Source: Polyangiaceae bacterium
Lineage (GTDB): Bacteria > Myxococcota_A > Polyangia > Polyangiales > Polyangiaceae
Assembly: GCA_033763455.1 (NCBI GenBank)
Contig: JANRKO010000008.1
Coordinates: forward strand, 1-64,000
Direction: 5' to 3'
DNA: 64,000 bases
Within the stretch, counting starts at the first letter, position 1; the number at the start of each line of letters is the position of its first letter. The notes beneath the pieces were generated by a model that saw only the letters and a list, made by a program, of their open reading frames with translations, ran no database searches and was not told the origin of the DNA. Positions 45,696-54,914 of this stretch are shown here, piece by piece. The position numbers and the translations under genes were made by a program.

Positions 45696-46364
45696 TTAGG
45701 GGTCGAGCATGGCCGTGACGCGATATTCATCGTCCACGCGTCGAAGCCCCACGAACAAGGTTGCGCCGAACAAGCGTTCTCCGTTGTGTTGCGGCCGCAG
45801 CACGGGCACTTTCGCCACGAATTCAGCGCCTTCTGCGAGGGATCGCCCCTCTCCCAAGAGCTCTGGGGTCTCCGTGCTGAACAGCGAAATGTGCGATAGG
45901 TCCAGGGCTTCTTCGCATGGGATGAGCTGATAGGGGAGGCGAGCAAAGCGCGCTGTCCATGTCGTGAGCAGAGGGCGGCGTTCTCCTTGAACCTCAAGCC
46001 AGGGATCGGGTGCGACCAGCGCAGCCAAATCATCCGATGATTCGGCGGCGATCGCGGCGCACAGTCGGGCAATGGTCGCAACGGCTGCCGATCTCGGCAA
46101 AGGCTCACGTAATGTAACCCACCCTTTTTGTGCGTTAGCCACATCTTGACTTCTAGGCACGAGTGCAGCTGAAACGACGCGTGGTGGTCGAGGATTCCCC
46201 GATGCCAAATTGGTTTCCGTGGGGTCTTGTGGCGGCATACTGGATGCTGAGCTCTCCAGGTGTGCGCCACAACCAATCAAGAGTAGGCCGGAAAGCTTCC
46301 ACGAACTTGCCCAGAACCGAGGGGGAGGGTGAGCGTGCACCAAGTTGGGCATGACTGAGCGCAT
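45696..46364 (-). CDS. Hypothetical protein, possible lipoprotein
   Basis: LLLIGC lipobox-like motif. Fills the gap between neighbours; start uncertain. Confidence 0.5.
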   Translation of the reverse strand: MRSVMPNLVHAHPPPRFWASSWKLSGLLLIGCGAHLESSASSMPPQDPTETNLASGNPRPPRVVSAALVPRSQDVANAQKGWVTLREPLPRSAAVATIARLCAAIAAESSDDLAALVAPDPWLEVQGERRPLLTTWTARFARLPYQLIPCEEALDLSHISLFSTETPELLGEGRSLAEGAEFVAKVPVLRPQHNGERLFGATLFVGLRRVDDEYRVTAMLDP

Positions 46365-46414
46365 CCTAGAATTCTGCGGACTCTTAGCTGAGCGCTTCTT
46401 AGGAGTCTGTTGAG

Positions 46415-47248
46415 CTACAGAGACTCGGTGGTGATCTCATCGCTTCGGCTGAGGGTCACGATGGAGCGTGGTGTCACGCGAGTCCAGCCGGGTGGAAGCT
46501 CGTTCATCGCGGAAGCGACCAAGCGAATGCGAGAATTTTCGACGCTCGGGATGCGAGCTTTCTGCACCACTTCCTCGCCCAAGAGGTTTTCGAGGTCGTG
46601 GCGCCCTTTGAGTTCGCGGTAACCCATCGTGCCGTCTCTGTGTACTGCGATGATGCACTCACCATCGGCAACCAAAATATCTCCGCGATTCTTCTCTTCA
46701 AAGCCTTCCTCGGCCGACAATTGATCCACGAGGGAGATGGAGGCACGGAGGGCTGCGCGAATATGTTCGGGGGCCACATGCGCATCGTCGAGCCGACCAG
46801 CGTCGTGCAGAAAGCTCAAAAATAAGTAGAAAAACAGCTCGCTGTCCGTTTCCCCGCGAACATTGCGCCGCAGAAATTCAGGTTGCGAGCCGAGCAGCCG
46901 CTCCCGCAACCGTTCAAAACCTTGAATGGTTCCGGTTTGTGCGAACAACCATGAGCGATAGCGAAAAGGGTGCGTATTTTCCGTGCGGAGAGCCCCGATG
47001 CCGGCCTTCCTCACGTGCCCAATGATGAGATCCCCCCGGATGCCTTCTGCAGCATCTGCGAGACCAATCACTTCACGTTCATCGATCGGACGCCTGCGCA
47101 ACAAGACTTCACCAGATTGGTAGAAGCCAACGCCCCAACCGAGCGGCTCGGGGCCATCACGCCGAACCTGCAGCACGTCGCCGTACGCTTCAAGGACACT
47201 GCTGGCGAGATCGGAACGATTCGCGATCAAGCCGAACATTCGAGCCAT
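46415..47248 (-). CDS. Class II glutamine amidotransferase (YafJ/EgtC-like) homolog lacking the catalytic Cys
   Basis: GWGVGFY, HVRKA...ENTHPF and GETDSE motifs. N-terminus is MARMFG instead of MCRxFG. Confidence 0.85.
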   Translation of the reverse strand: MARMFGLIANRSDLASSVLEAYGDVLQVRRDGPEPLGWGVGFYQSGEVLLRRRPIDEREVIGLADAAEGIRGDLIIGHVRKAGIGALRTENTHPFRYRSWLFAQTGTIQGFERLRERLLGSQPEFLRRNVRGETDSELFFYLFLSFLHDAGRLDDAHVAPEHIRAALRASISLVDQLSAEEGFEEKNRGDILVADGECIIAVHRDGTMGYRELKGRHDLENLLGEEVVQKARIPSVENSRIRLVASAMNELPPGWTRVTPRSIVTLSRSDEITTESL

Positions 47249-47440
47249 TAATCAAACTCCGGGGAAAGCACTTGCCCAAGCATAACGTGTTCATCGCGGT
47301 ACTGCACGCCGAACGCTCTAAGGGCTAGTGGCCCCAGGCCGAACGGCCCAGATCGCTAGGACACGGGCAACATGGAACGTACCTCTCCCGCCCTGTAAGC
47401 CCAGGTGTGGTGGCGAGGGGCGCGGTGGGGTGAAGCCTCA

Positions 47441-48730
47441 TTACGGGCTCAGGCGGTTTAGCGTGCGTGCGAACGGGATCGTTTCCCGCACGTGGGGGAG
47501 ACCACACAGCCAGGCGACGGTGCGTTCCACCCCTAGGCCGAAGCCAGCGTGTTCGAACGTGCCGTAGCGACGGAGATCAAAATACCACTGAAAGGCGGAC
47601 TCCGGTAGGCCGTGCTGCTGGATACTGCTCCTCAGTGTTTCAAGATCATCTTCACGCTGACCCCCGCCGATGATCTCGCCGTAGCCCTCGGGTGCCAACA
47701 CATCCATGCAGAGCGCAAGATCAGCATTCTCTGGATCGCGCTTCATGTAGAAAGCTTTGAGCTTCAAGGGGTAGCGATGAACAATTACGGGCCGATCAAA
47801 CTTGGAACTTATCACCGTTTCTTCGTCCGCCCCAAAGTCGTCTCCAAACTTCGCGTCGTGCCCCGCCCCGCGTAGGATATCAATGGCTTCGGCGTAGGTG
47901 ATACGAGGGAAAGGTGGAACAATCGCTCTGAGTTTATCCAGATCACGTTCGAGCGTCAGAAGCTCAGGTTCACGGGTCTTGAGAACATGAGCCGCAATTG
48001 CACCGATGAAGTTCTCGGCGAGCTCCATGTCCCCTGCGAGGTTCATGAACGCGACCTCTGGCTCCACCATCCAGAATTCGGCGAGGTGGCGCCGAGTTTT
48101 GCTTTTTTCTGCACGAAACGTGGGCCCAAAACAATACACCTTGCCGAAAGCGGCCGCGCCCGCCTCCATGTAAAGCTGCCCAGATTGGGTGAGGTAAGCC
48201 TTGTCGCCATGGTAGTCGGTTTCGAACAGCGTGCTTGTGCCTTCGCAGGCGCTCGGCGTAAAGATCGGGGCGTCGATGAGAGTGAAATCTCGCTCGTCGA
48301 AGAAATTGCGGATGGCCTGGATGATGGCATGGCGGATCCGCAAGATAGCGTGCTGGCGTTTACTGCGCAGCCACAGGTGCCGGTGGTCCATTAGGAAATC
48401 CGTACCGTGCTCTTTGGGCGTGATGGGGTAATCCACCGCGGTTCCCAACACCTGGATGGCCGAGATGTGGAGCTCGAATTCGGAAGGGCGTTTGGGGTGC
48501 GCACGTACGACGCCTTGAAGACGAAGCGACGTCTCTTGGGTTACATGGCCCGCGAGCTCGAAGCTTTCGGCATCCACATCGTTCTTCCCGATGACACACT
48601 GAACCGTGCCGGTGCCGTCGCGCAGCTCCAAGAAGTGCACCGACTTTCCCGATCGACTGTTGTAAAGCCAGCCTTGGATGCTGACGGTTTCTCCCACGTG
48701 GTGCTTGAGTTCAGTGACGCGCACAGACAT
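47441..48730 (-). CDS. asnS: Asparagine--tRNA ligase
   Basis: OB-fold N-terminus, [47 protein letters not shown] and [10 protein letters not shown] motifs. Confidence 0.96.
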   Translation of the reverse strand: MSVRVTELKHHVGETVSIQGWLYNSRSGKSVHFLELRDGTGTVQCVIGKNDVDAESFELAGHVTQETSLRLQGVVRAHPKRPSEFELHISAIQVLGTAVDYPITPKEHGTDFLMDHRHLWLRSKRQHAILRIRHAIIQAIRNFFDERDFTLIDAPIFTPSACEGTSTLFETDYHGDKAYLTQSGQLYMEAGAAAFGKVYCFGPTFRAEKSKTRRHLAEFWMVEPEVAFMNLAGDMELAENFIGAIAAHVLKTREPELLTLERDLDKLRAIVPPFPRITYAEAIDILRGAGHDAKFGDDFGADEETVISSKFDRPVIVHRYPLKLKAFYMKRDPENADLALCMDVLAPEGYGEIIGGGQREDDLETLRSSIQQHGLPESAFQWYFDLRRYGTFEHAGFGLGVERTVAWLCGLPHVRETIPFARTLNRLSP

Positions 48731-48875
48731 AAGGAACCATTATCGTCGGAGTGGAGGGGAAGCCAACTCTGCGCGGATGCACGCTAAGTTGCGTGGCTTC
48801 GCTCTCGCCTACCAGCGAGTGGTCGAGGGCGTACGACACTTGCCATTCTGAAGGGAGTTCTCTCGGCGCGCGGGG

Positions 48876-48893
48876 TACTTAGCATGCTAAGTA
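48876..48893. promoter_or_regulatory. Perfect 18-bp palindrome, putative transcription-factor operator
   Basis: TACTTAGCATGCTAAGTA in the asnS/ygfZ divergent intergenic region, 8 bp upstream of TTGACA (48902-48907). Confidence 0.6.
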
Positions 48894-49012
48894 TCTCTGC
48901 TTTGACAAATTTCAGCTACCCAATACACGGCGTCTTACCTCTTAAGTGAGGCTCCGTTGCGCTCACTCAGACTAGCGCGTGAGCGGCTCGGTGCTCCGTT
49001 GCGCAAGGAACA

Positions 49013-49960
49013 ATGGTACAGATGCGGGGTATGAACGTGATAGCGGCGCCCGCTGGGATCTCAGTGGTCACTCGGGAGGATTTCTTCTCCTTTGTCGTGA
49101 CGGGGCCGGAGCGGAAGAGTTGGCTTCAAGGTTTGCTCACCGGTGATGTGAGTGCCGTAGGGCCTCGGGCGGGCGCATGGAGCTTGGCGCTCACCAAGCA
49201 GGGCAAGATCGTGGCGGACTTGGTGTTGCTCGAAAACGCCGACGAGGAGTTGTGGGTGGGGGGCACCGAAGCCGAGCCCGGTGCCTTTGCGAAGTACTTA
49301 GACGCCTTCCTGATCATGGAAGACGCTGAGGTTCGCGAGGCGAGCTCCGAGTGCGTTTGGATATTCGCTTTTGGGCAGAATGCTTGGGGAACGCTTTCGG
49401 GAGCGCGGCCTGGTACGATGGCGCAGGGGCAAGTGAGTGCGCTCGGGGTCGGCACGACGGCGTGGGTGGTGCAGCGCAACGCGCAGGCGAGCTTCTTACA
49501 AAGTGTTGGCGAGCTTGATGCCGTACATGTGGTTGTGGACGCCGAGGAATGGTTGCGGTTGCGCCTGCGGCTGGGGCTGCCGTTATTCGGTACGGATTTT
49601 TCCGGAGATGAAAACCCACACCAGGCCTCGCTCGAACGCCGCGCCGTCGATTGGCAGAAAGGCTGCTACCTGGGCCAAGAAGTGGTCTGTATGCAAGAGA
49701 TGCGCGGAAAGGTGAAGCGCCGCTTGGTGCGCCTCGAAGTGGAGCAGGCGGCGCCTGTAGCTGCCGGTGCAGCCGTGTTCGGGCCCGAGGGCGCGTTTGT
49801 CGGCGAGGTCACGTCGTCTGTTCAAGCCGACGGCCAACAGCTCGCGTATGCGCGCGTGAAGGCGCCCTACTTCGACGGCTCGGTGCCGCTCCTGGTGGGT
49901 GGGGCAGCGGCGCGGGTAGTTGCAGGCGAGAACGGCTCTTTCGCCAGCAAGGCTCCATGA
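49013..49960 (+). CDS. ygfZ: Folate-binding Fe-S repair/tRNA-modification protein YgfZ (GcvT family)
   Basis: WLQGLLTGDV and the KGCYLGQE signature. Confidence 0.9.
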   Translation: MVQMRGMNVIAAPAGISVVTREDFFSFVVTGPERKSWLQGLLTGDVSAVGPRAGAWSLALTKQGKIVADLVLLENADEELWVGGTEAEPGAFAKYLDAFLIMEDAEVREASSECVWIFAFGQNAWGTLSGARPGTMAQGQVSALGVGTTAWVVQRNAQASFLQSVGELDAVHVVVDAEEWLRLRLRLGLPLFGTDFSGDENPHQASLERRAVDWQKGCYLGQEVVCMQEMRGKVKRRLVRLEVEQAAPVAAGAAVFGPEGAFVGEVTSSVQADGQQLAYARVKAPYFDGSVPLLVGGAAARVVAGENGSFASKAP

Positions 49961-49979
49961 TAGAGTGATCGCTGAAGCC

Positions 49980-50945
49980 ATGAGCGACAGCCACCCTTTT
50001 TCTCCTGATCAACTTCAACGCAGTCACCGCACGAGCTCCGGCTTGCAGGTGGCCGAAGACGTGCTGGGGCTCATCGCGCAGACACCGTTAGTACGGCTGG
50101 GTCGCATATCACCCGACGGTGGAGCCCACGTGTGGGCGAAAGTGGAGTTCGCCAATCCCGGCGGGAGTGTGAAAGATCGGCCAGCCTTGGCCATGATCCT
50201 GGAGGCGGAGAAAGCAGGGCTGCTCAAAGAGGGGTCCACCATTGTGGAGGCTACGAGCGGCAACACAGGTATCAGCCTCGCCATGATTGCGGCGATCCGT
50301 GGTTACCGGTGCGTATTGGTGATGCCAGAAGATATGAGCATGGAGCGTCGCTACATTTTGCGCGCCTATGGAGCTGAAATTGTACTGACGCCTGCCAAAG
50401 AGGGCATGGCGGGCGCAGTTGCTAAGTCGACTCAACTCATGGGTGAGACCGTGGGAGCCTTCATGCCAAGTCAATTCAAGAACAAGGCGAATCCTTCGTG
50501 TCACGAGGTGTTAACTGGGCCAGAAATCTTGGAACAAACCGGCGGAGATATCGCCGCATTTGTTGCGGGGGTGGGTACCGGCGGTACGCTCACGGGCGTT
50601 GCGCGGGCGCTTCGCGCCAAGCTTGGCAGTAAAGTAAAAGTGATTGCGGTGGAGCCTTCGGCGAGTGCCGTGCTGAGCGGCAAACCGCCGGGAATGCATG
50701 GTATCCAGGGGCTCGGTGCGGGCTTTGTACCTGAGATCCTAGATCGATCGCTGATCGATGAAGTCATTACGGTGTCGGATGTGGCGGCTGAGCGCATGGC
50801 GCGCAGGTTGGCTCGCGAAGAGGGCCTATTGGTCGGCCCTTCTGCGGGAGCTAACGTTCACGCGGCGAGCGAAGTGGCTGCCCGTTTTCCTGGCGGCAAA
50901 GTTGTCACCATCTTGTGCGATTCGGGCGAACGCTATTTGTTCTAA
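49980..50945 (+). CDS. cysK: Cysteine synthase A (O-acetylserine sulfhydrylase)
   Basis: NPGGSVKDR (PLP Lys), EATSGNTG, GVGTGGT, HGIQGLGAGF and DSGERY motifs. Confidence 0.94.
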   Translation: MSDSHPFSPDQLQRSHRTSSGLQVAEDVLGLIAQTPLVRLGRISPDGGAHVWAKVEFANPGGSVKDRPALAMILEAEKAGLLKEGSTIVEATSGNTGISLAMIAAIRGYRCVLVMPEDMSMERRYILRAYGAEIVLTPAKEGMAGAVAKSTQLMGETVGAFMPSQFKNKANPSCHEVLTGPEILEQTGGDIAAFVAGVGTGGTLTGVARALRAKLGSKVKVIAVEPSASAVLSGKPPGMHGIQGLGAGFVPEILDRSLIDEVITVSDVAAERMARRLAREEGLLVGPSAGANVHAASEVAARFPGGKVVTILCDSGERYLF

Positions 50946-50955
50946 GAGCCGGCCC

Positions 50956-51741
50956 TCAGCTTCCACGAAAGCTTGGCGTGCGTTTCTCTCGAAAGGCCGT
51001 GACACCTTCAAGAAGGTCAGCGCTTTTTAGCAGCCGGAGCTGACCTTCCTTTTCGCGAGCTAACCCTTCGGCGAGATCTCCGTGAAGGCTACTTCTCACC
51101 GCTTGTTTGATCCGTTGCACCGCGAGCGGAGCCGCTCCCTGGAATCGCTCGGCCCAGCCGTCCACGCATGCTTCCAATGAATCAGCTGGTACCACTTCGC
51201 TGGCGAGCCCCAGGGCTAAGGCTTCGGCTGCCTGCACGGCACGGCCCGTAAGCAGCAGTTCAAGCGCCCGCCCCACGCCTACAAGCCGTGGCAGAAAGTA
51301 GCTCGCGCCGCCGTCTGGCATGAGGCCTATCGCGATGAACTTCTCCTGAAAATAGGCCTTTTCACTCACAATTCGGAGGTCGCACGCGAGGGCCAAATCA
51401 GCGCCGAAACCAACGGCTGGCCCATCCACCTCTGCGATCACCACCTGTGGAGCGCTGGTGATGCAGCGGATCAATCGTTGAAAGGCGTCCAGGCGTGCCT
51501 CTAGCAAAGGCAACTCAGTTCGATGAGGTTGAAAATCCTCCATCAAGTCGGCGCCGGAACAAAAGCTGCCGCCCGCTCCGCTCAGCACAATCACCCGGTT
51601 AGTGGGTGTCGAGGCCGCGCGCTCTAATGCGTCCCCCAACATACTTACAAGCTCCGGGTTGAGTGCATTCTTGGTCTTCGGGCGGTTCAGCGTGAGACGC
51701 ACGACGCCGTGTGTTTCGCTCACCAGGAGTGGAAGAGTCAT
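50956..51741 (-). CDS. Enoyl-CoA hydratase/isomerase family protein (PaaG-like)
   Basis: LNRP..KNAL, FCSGADL, GPAVGFGADLALACD and GLMPDGG motifs. Confidence 0.9.
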   Translation of the reverse strand: MTLPLLVSETHGVVRLTLNRPKTKNALNPELVSMLGDALERAASTPTNRVIVLSGAGGSFCSGADLMEDFQPHRTELPLLEARLDAFQRLIRCITSAPQVVIAEVDGPAVGFGADLALACDLRIVSEKAYFQEKFIAIGLMPDGGASYFLPRLVGVGRALELLLTGRAVQAAEALALGLASEVVPADSLEACVDGWAERFQGAAPLAVQRIKQAVRSSLHGDLAEGLAREKEGQLRLLKSADLLEGVTAFREKRTPSFRGS

Positions 51742-51806
51742 ATTGGGCCAGAATACCACGTTCTTTTGCCGGAAACGCCGCCATTCCGTGCTAAGGCGTG
51801 CGGCCT

Positions 51807-52670
51807 ATGGGCGAGCCTTTCGAAATTCCCGATGCTTTGCCACTCCACGAACAGCGGGGTCAGACATTTCCCGCGCTCGTTGCGCTGATGCAGCGGCTGC
51901 TCGGGCCAGGTGGTTGCCCCTGGGACAGAGAGCAAGATCTGCTTTCGTTGCGCAAATTTGTGCTCGAAGAAGCCTGCGAGGTAATCGACGCGATCGACGG
52001 CGGCAAGCCCGAAGAGCTCGTGGAAGAGCTCGGAGATCTTGCGCTTCAGGTGGTCTTCCTAAGTGAGCTCGGGCGAGCGCAGGGCACCTTCGGGCCGGAC
52101 GATGCCATTCGAAGTATTGTTGAGAAGCTGGTTCGGCGCCATCCCCATGTATTCGGGGATGTTCAGGTTGAGGATTCGGGTGAGGTGCTTTCGAACTGGG
52201 AGGCCATCAAGGCCATGGAGAAACGGGATCGCCCGTTGCTCGGCGGCGTGCCCCGTTCACTACCAGCGCTCTTGCGTGCTCAGACGCTTTCGGAGCGCGT
52301 GGCGCGAGTCGGCTTTGATTGGCCCGATGGGCGTGGCTCTCGCGACAAAGTGAGCGAAGAGCTGGCGGAGCTCGACGAAGCTATTGCGAGCGGAAATCGA
52401 GAACACATAGAACATGAGCTCGGAGATCTTTTGTTTGCCGTTGTGAATTTAGCTCGGCACGCGGGGCTCGATGCCGAGGCCGCGCTCAGGAAATCCAGCG
52501 ATCGCTTTGGGGCACGTTTTGGCCACGTGGAAACGCGCGTGAAGGAGCGCCACGGCGGCTGGCCAAAAGGTGCAGACGGAAAGCCGGGTCGAGGGCTTGG
52601 GCTCGAAGAGCTCGATGGCTACTGGGACGAAGCCAAAGCGCTTGGTATCGGTAAGGAACCCGCGCTGTGA
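51807..52670 (+). CDS. mazG: Nucleoside triphosphate pyrophosphohydrolase MazG
   Basis: GCPWDREQ, EEACEV, EELGD, KLVRRHPHVF, GFDW and ELGDLLF motifs. Confidence 0.94.
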   Translation: MGEPFEIPDALPLHEQRGQTFPALVALMQRLLGPGGCPWDREQDLLSLRKFVLEEACEVIDAIDGGKPEELVEELGDLALQVVFLSELGRAQGTFGPDDAIRSIVEKLVRRHPHVFGDVQVEDSGEVLSNWEAIKAMEKRDRPLLGGVPRSLPALLRAQTLSERVARVGFDWPDGRGSRDKVSEELAELDEAIASGNREHIEHELGDLLFAVVNLARHAGLDAEAALRKSSDRFGARFGHVETRVKERHGGWPKGADGKPGRGLGLEELDGYWDEAKALGIGKEPAL

Positions 52671-53839
52671 CCACGGAGGCCACCAAGCTCACAACAGATC
52701 CAATCGACCGTTATCCGGAAGAACTAGCCGAGAATATGCGGGCGCTCGATGAAAAGCCGTATCGAGCGGCCCAAATTTTCGAATGGATCCATCGGCGGGG
52801 CGTGTCGGATCCGGAACGTATGACGGACCTCAGCCTTCCCCTCCGTGAGAAGCTCAAGACTCTCGGCGTGGCGCCCCGGGCACGTCTTCAAACGCTCAAG
52901 GCCGCCGAAGATGGCACGCGCAAGCTAGTGCTAGAAATGCGCGAATCCGCCACCGTGGAGTGTGTGCTCATCCCAATGACTCCCCTGGGTGATCAGTTAG
53001 ATGCTGACGCTGCGGCCGTCGACGACACGGATGAAGACGTAGAGCCAGGGCGTACGCGGGTTACATTGTGCATCTCGACGCAATTTGGCTGCGCCATGGG
53101 TTGCGTGTTCTGCGCGAGCGGCCAGGCCGGGCTTTTTCGAGGGCTTTCTGCCGCAGAGATTGTGTCTCAAGTATACCTAGCCCGCGAGCACCTAACGCCG
53201 GGCGAAGATCTGAAAAATTTGGTCTTTATGGGCATGGGTGAGCCCTTACACCATTACGACGAAACGGCCCGCGCGCTCCGGCTGCTGACGCACCAAAAGG
53301 GCCTCGGCATGGGTGCGCGTCGCATCACCGTGAGTACCGTGGGGCTGGTGCCAGGCATCAAGAAATTGGGCGAAGATTTCGGCGGGAAAATTGGCCTCGC
53401 GCTTTCGCTGCACGCTCCAGATGATGCTACGCGTGACCGCATCATGCCGATGAATAAGCGTTACCCTTTGGCCGAGCTACGCCGCGCGCTCGATGCTTAT
53501 CCGCTCCCCAATCGCCGGCGCATCACCATCGAGTACATCCTGATCGATGGTGTGAATTCCAGCCTCGAACAGGCGCGAAAGCTGGCCCAGTTTCTGAAGG
53601 GCCTGCGCGTGAAGATCAATCTGATCCCCATGAATCCTATAGCGGCATCTGAGCACCGAGCCCCCAACGGCGCTACCGTGCGGGCTTTCCAGGAAGTGCT
53701 GGCCGAAAAGGGTTTCAGCTGTTTCGTCCGTGGCCGGCGCGGGGATGAAGTGGACGCAGCCTGCGGACAATTGGCGCTCTCGGAAGGCCTGGTAGCGCTT
53801 GGGCGGAGCAAGAAGGCTGCGCGTGGGGAGAGTGGGTGA
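52667..53839 (+). CDS. rlmN: Dual-specificity RNA methyltransferase RlmN (radical SAM)
   Basis: CISTQFGCAMGCVFC, MGMGEPL, SLHAP, NLIP and AACGQL motifs. Confidence 0.95.
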   Translation: MTTEATKLTTDPIDRYPEELAENMRALDEKPYRAAQIFEWIHRRGVSDPERMTDLSLPLREKLKTLGVAPRARLQTLKAAEDGTRKLVLEMRESATVECVLIPMTPLGDQLDADAAAVDDTDEDVEPGRTRVTLCISTQFGCAMGCVFCASGQAGLFRGLSAAEIVSQVYLAREHLTPGEDLKNLVFMGMGEPLHHYDETARALRLLTHQKGLGMGARRITVSTVGLVPGIKKLGEDFGGKIGLALSLHAPDDATRDRIMPMNKRYPLAELRRALDAYPLPNRRRITIEYILIDGVNSSLEQARKLAQFLKGLRVKINLIPMNPIAASEHRAPNGATVRAFQEVLAEKGFSCFVRGRRGDEVDAACGQLALSEGLVALGRSKKAARGESG

Positions 53840-53939
53840 TGCGAGCTGCGCGAGACCGGCAGCAAAAGATGCCTGAGTCGAGCGATTCGACTGGCGTGTC
53901 TGCTTGTTGCAACAACTCGCCGGACGTCTTCTCAGGCCG

Positions 53940-54344
53940 CTAGGGCGCGATCAGGACAACGCTGGGGAAGTAGCTCCGATAGCGCCCTGCATCACGCGTT
54001 AGAAGCTTGAAACCGGAAATGGCAGCGTGCGCTCCGATATAGAAGTCCGGCAAGGGTGAGCGCCTCGCTCCGCCCTTGCGCCGGTACTTGAGGAAAGCCT
54101 TCCCAGCTAAAAAAGCCGCTTCGTAAGGTAAGGGCTCGCGGCGAAACACGGTCGCCGGAAGGGCAGCCTCTAACTCTTCGATCAACTTGTAGCCCATCGA
54201 AACCTCCGAGTAGATCAAGGCGTTGATCATGAGGGGAGCTTCGTTCGCGGCGTTTTCCAGTGCCAGCGACGACCAGGTGAGCCACGTAGGATCGTTGGTC
54301 GCAATGTCCAACAGAACGTTGCTGTCTACTAGTATGCCTGTCAT
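53940..54344 (-). CDS. vapC: Type II TA toxin, PIN domain (VapC)
   Basis: LVDSNVLLD, YSEV, PDFYIGAHA and LLTRD motifs. 4-bp overlap with the antitoxin. Confidence 0.9.
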   Translation of the reverse strand: MTGILVDSNVLLDIATNDPTWLTWSSLALENAANEAPLMINALIYSEVSMGYKLIEELEAALPATVFRREPLPYEAAFLAGKAFLKYRRKGGARRSPLPDFYIGAHAAISGFKLLTRDAGRYRSYFPSVVLIAP

Positions 54345-54577
54345 CCCGACTTCCGTGTTAGCGCCAGGATCTCGTCAGTTGTCATCTTCACGCTGGCACT
54401 TCCCTTCAACCGGCCCAGCACGCTCGCTCCCCTGCTCGCAACCCGTTTGCCCTGCACCTTCACCAAACGCGCCGTCTTTCCCTGAAGTTGGAACTCCACT
54501 TCTGTACTTGGAAGGAGCCCCAGCTTCTCTCGAACTTCAATCGGAATTGTGACCTGCCCCTTTGAGGTGACGCGCAT
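54341..54577 (-). CDS. vapB: AbrB/MazE/SpoVT family antitoxin (VapB)
   Basis: MRVTSKGQVTIPIEVREKLGL is the AbrB-type DNA-binding motif. Lies upstream of the PIN toxin. Confidence 0.9.
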   Translation of the reverse strand: MRVTSKGQVTIPIEVREKLGLLPSTEVEFQLQGKTARLVKVQGKRVASRGASVLGRLKGSASVKMTTDEILALTRKSG

Positions 54578-54600
54578 GTATTACTCCTACATGTATTACT
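54575..54600 (-). promoter_or_regulatory. Putative vapBC autoregulatory operator (11-bp direct repeat)
   Basis: Minus strand AGTAATACATG-TAGG-AGTAATACATG; the second copy ends in the vapB start codon. Confidence 0.55.
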
Positions 54601-54914
54601 ACCCCCACCTCTCTGCTAGCGCAAGAAGTTAGCAAACGCTGGAGAAGCTTCGACGGCCCTGCCGCTTCCCTGGTAACGAACGCCCGTCGGCCGTCTAGGC
54701 CCCTCGACGGACCTTTTTTACCGATCCACAGAAATGAGACCATCCGTGCGCTGCCCGCATCTTCAATCGCCATACTTAGCATGTGCGTTTCGACATGGTT
54801 GCACGGGAACACCTTTTCGCGAGGCCGCTCGTTTCGGCGTGTTTCGGCGCGCGCTCGTGCCCCAGCCTCTCTTGACTTGACGATCTTCAGGGACGCGGCG
54901 AGATTAGTGCCAGC

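Noticed and set aside
51807..54577. mazG close to a MazE/AbrB-type antitoxin as a mazEFG-like module
   Set aside because: mazG is coupled to rlmN on the opposite strand, and the toxin is PIN-type, not MazF. The proximity looks coincidental.
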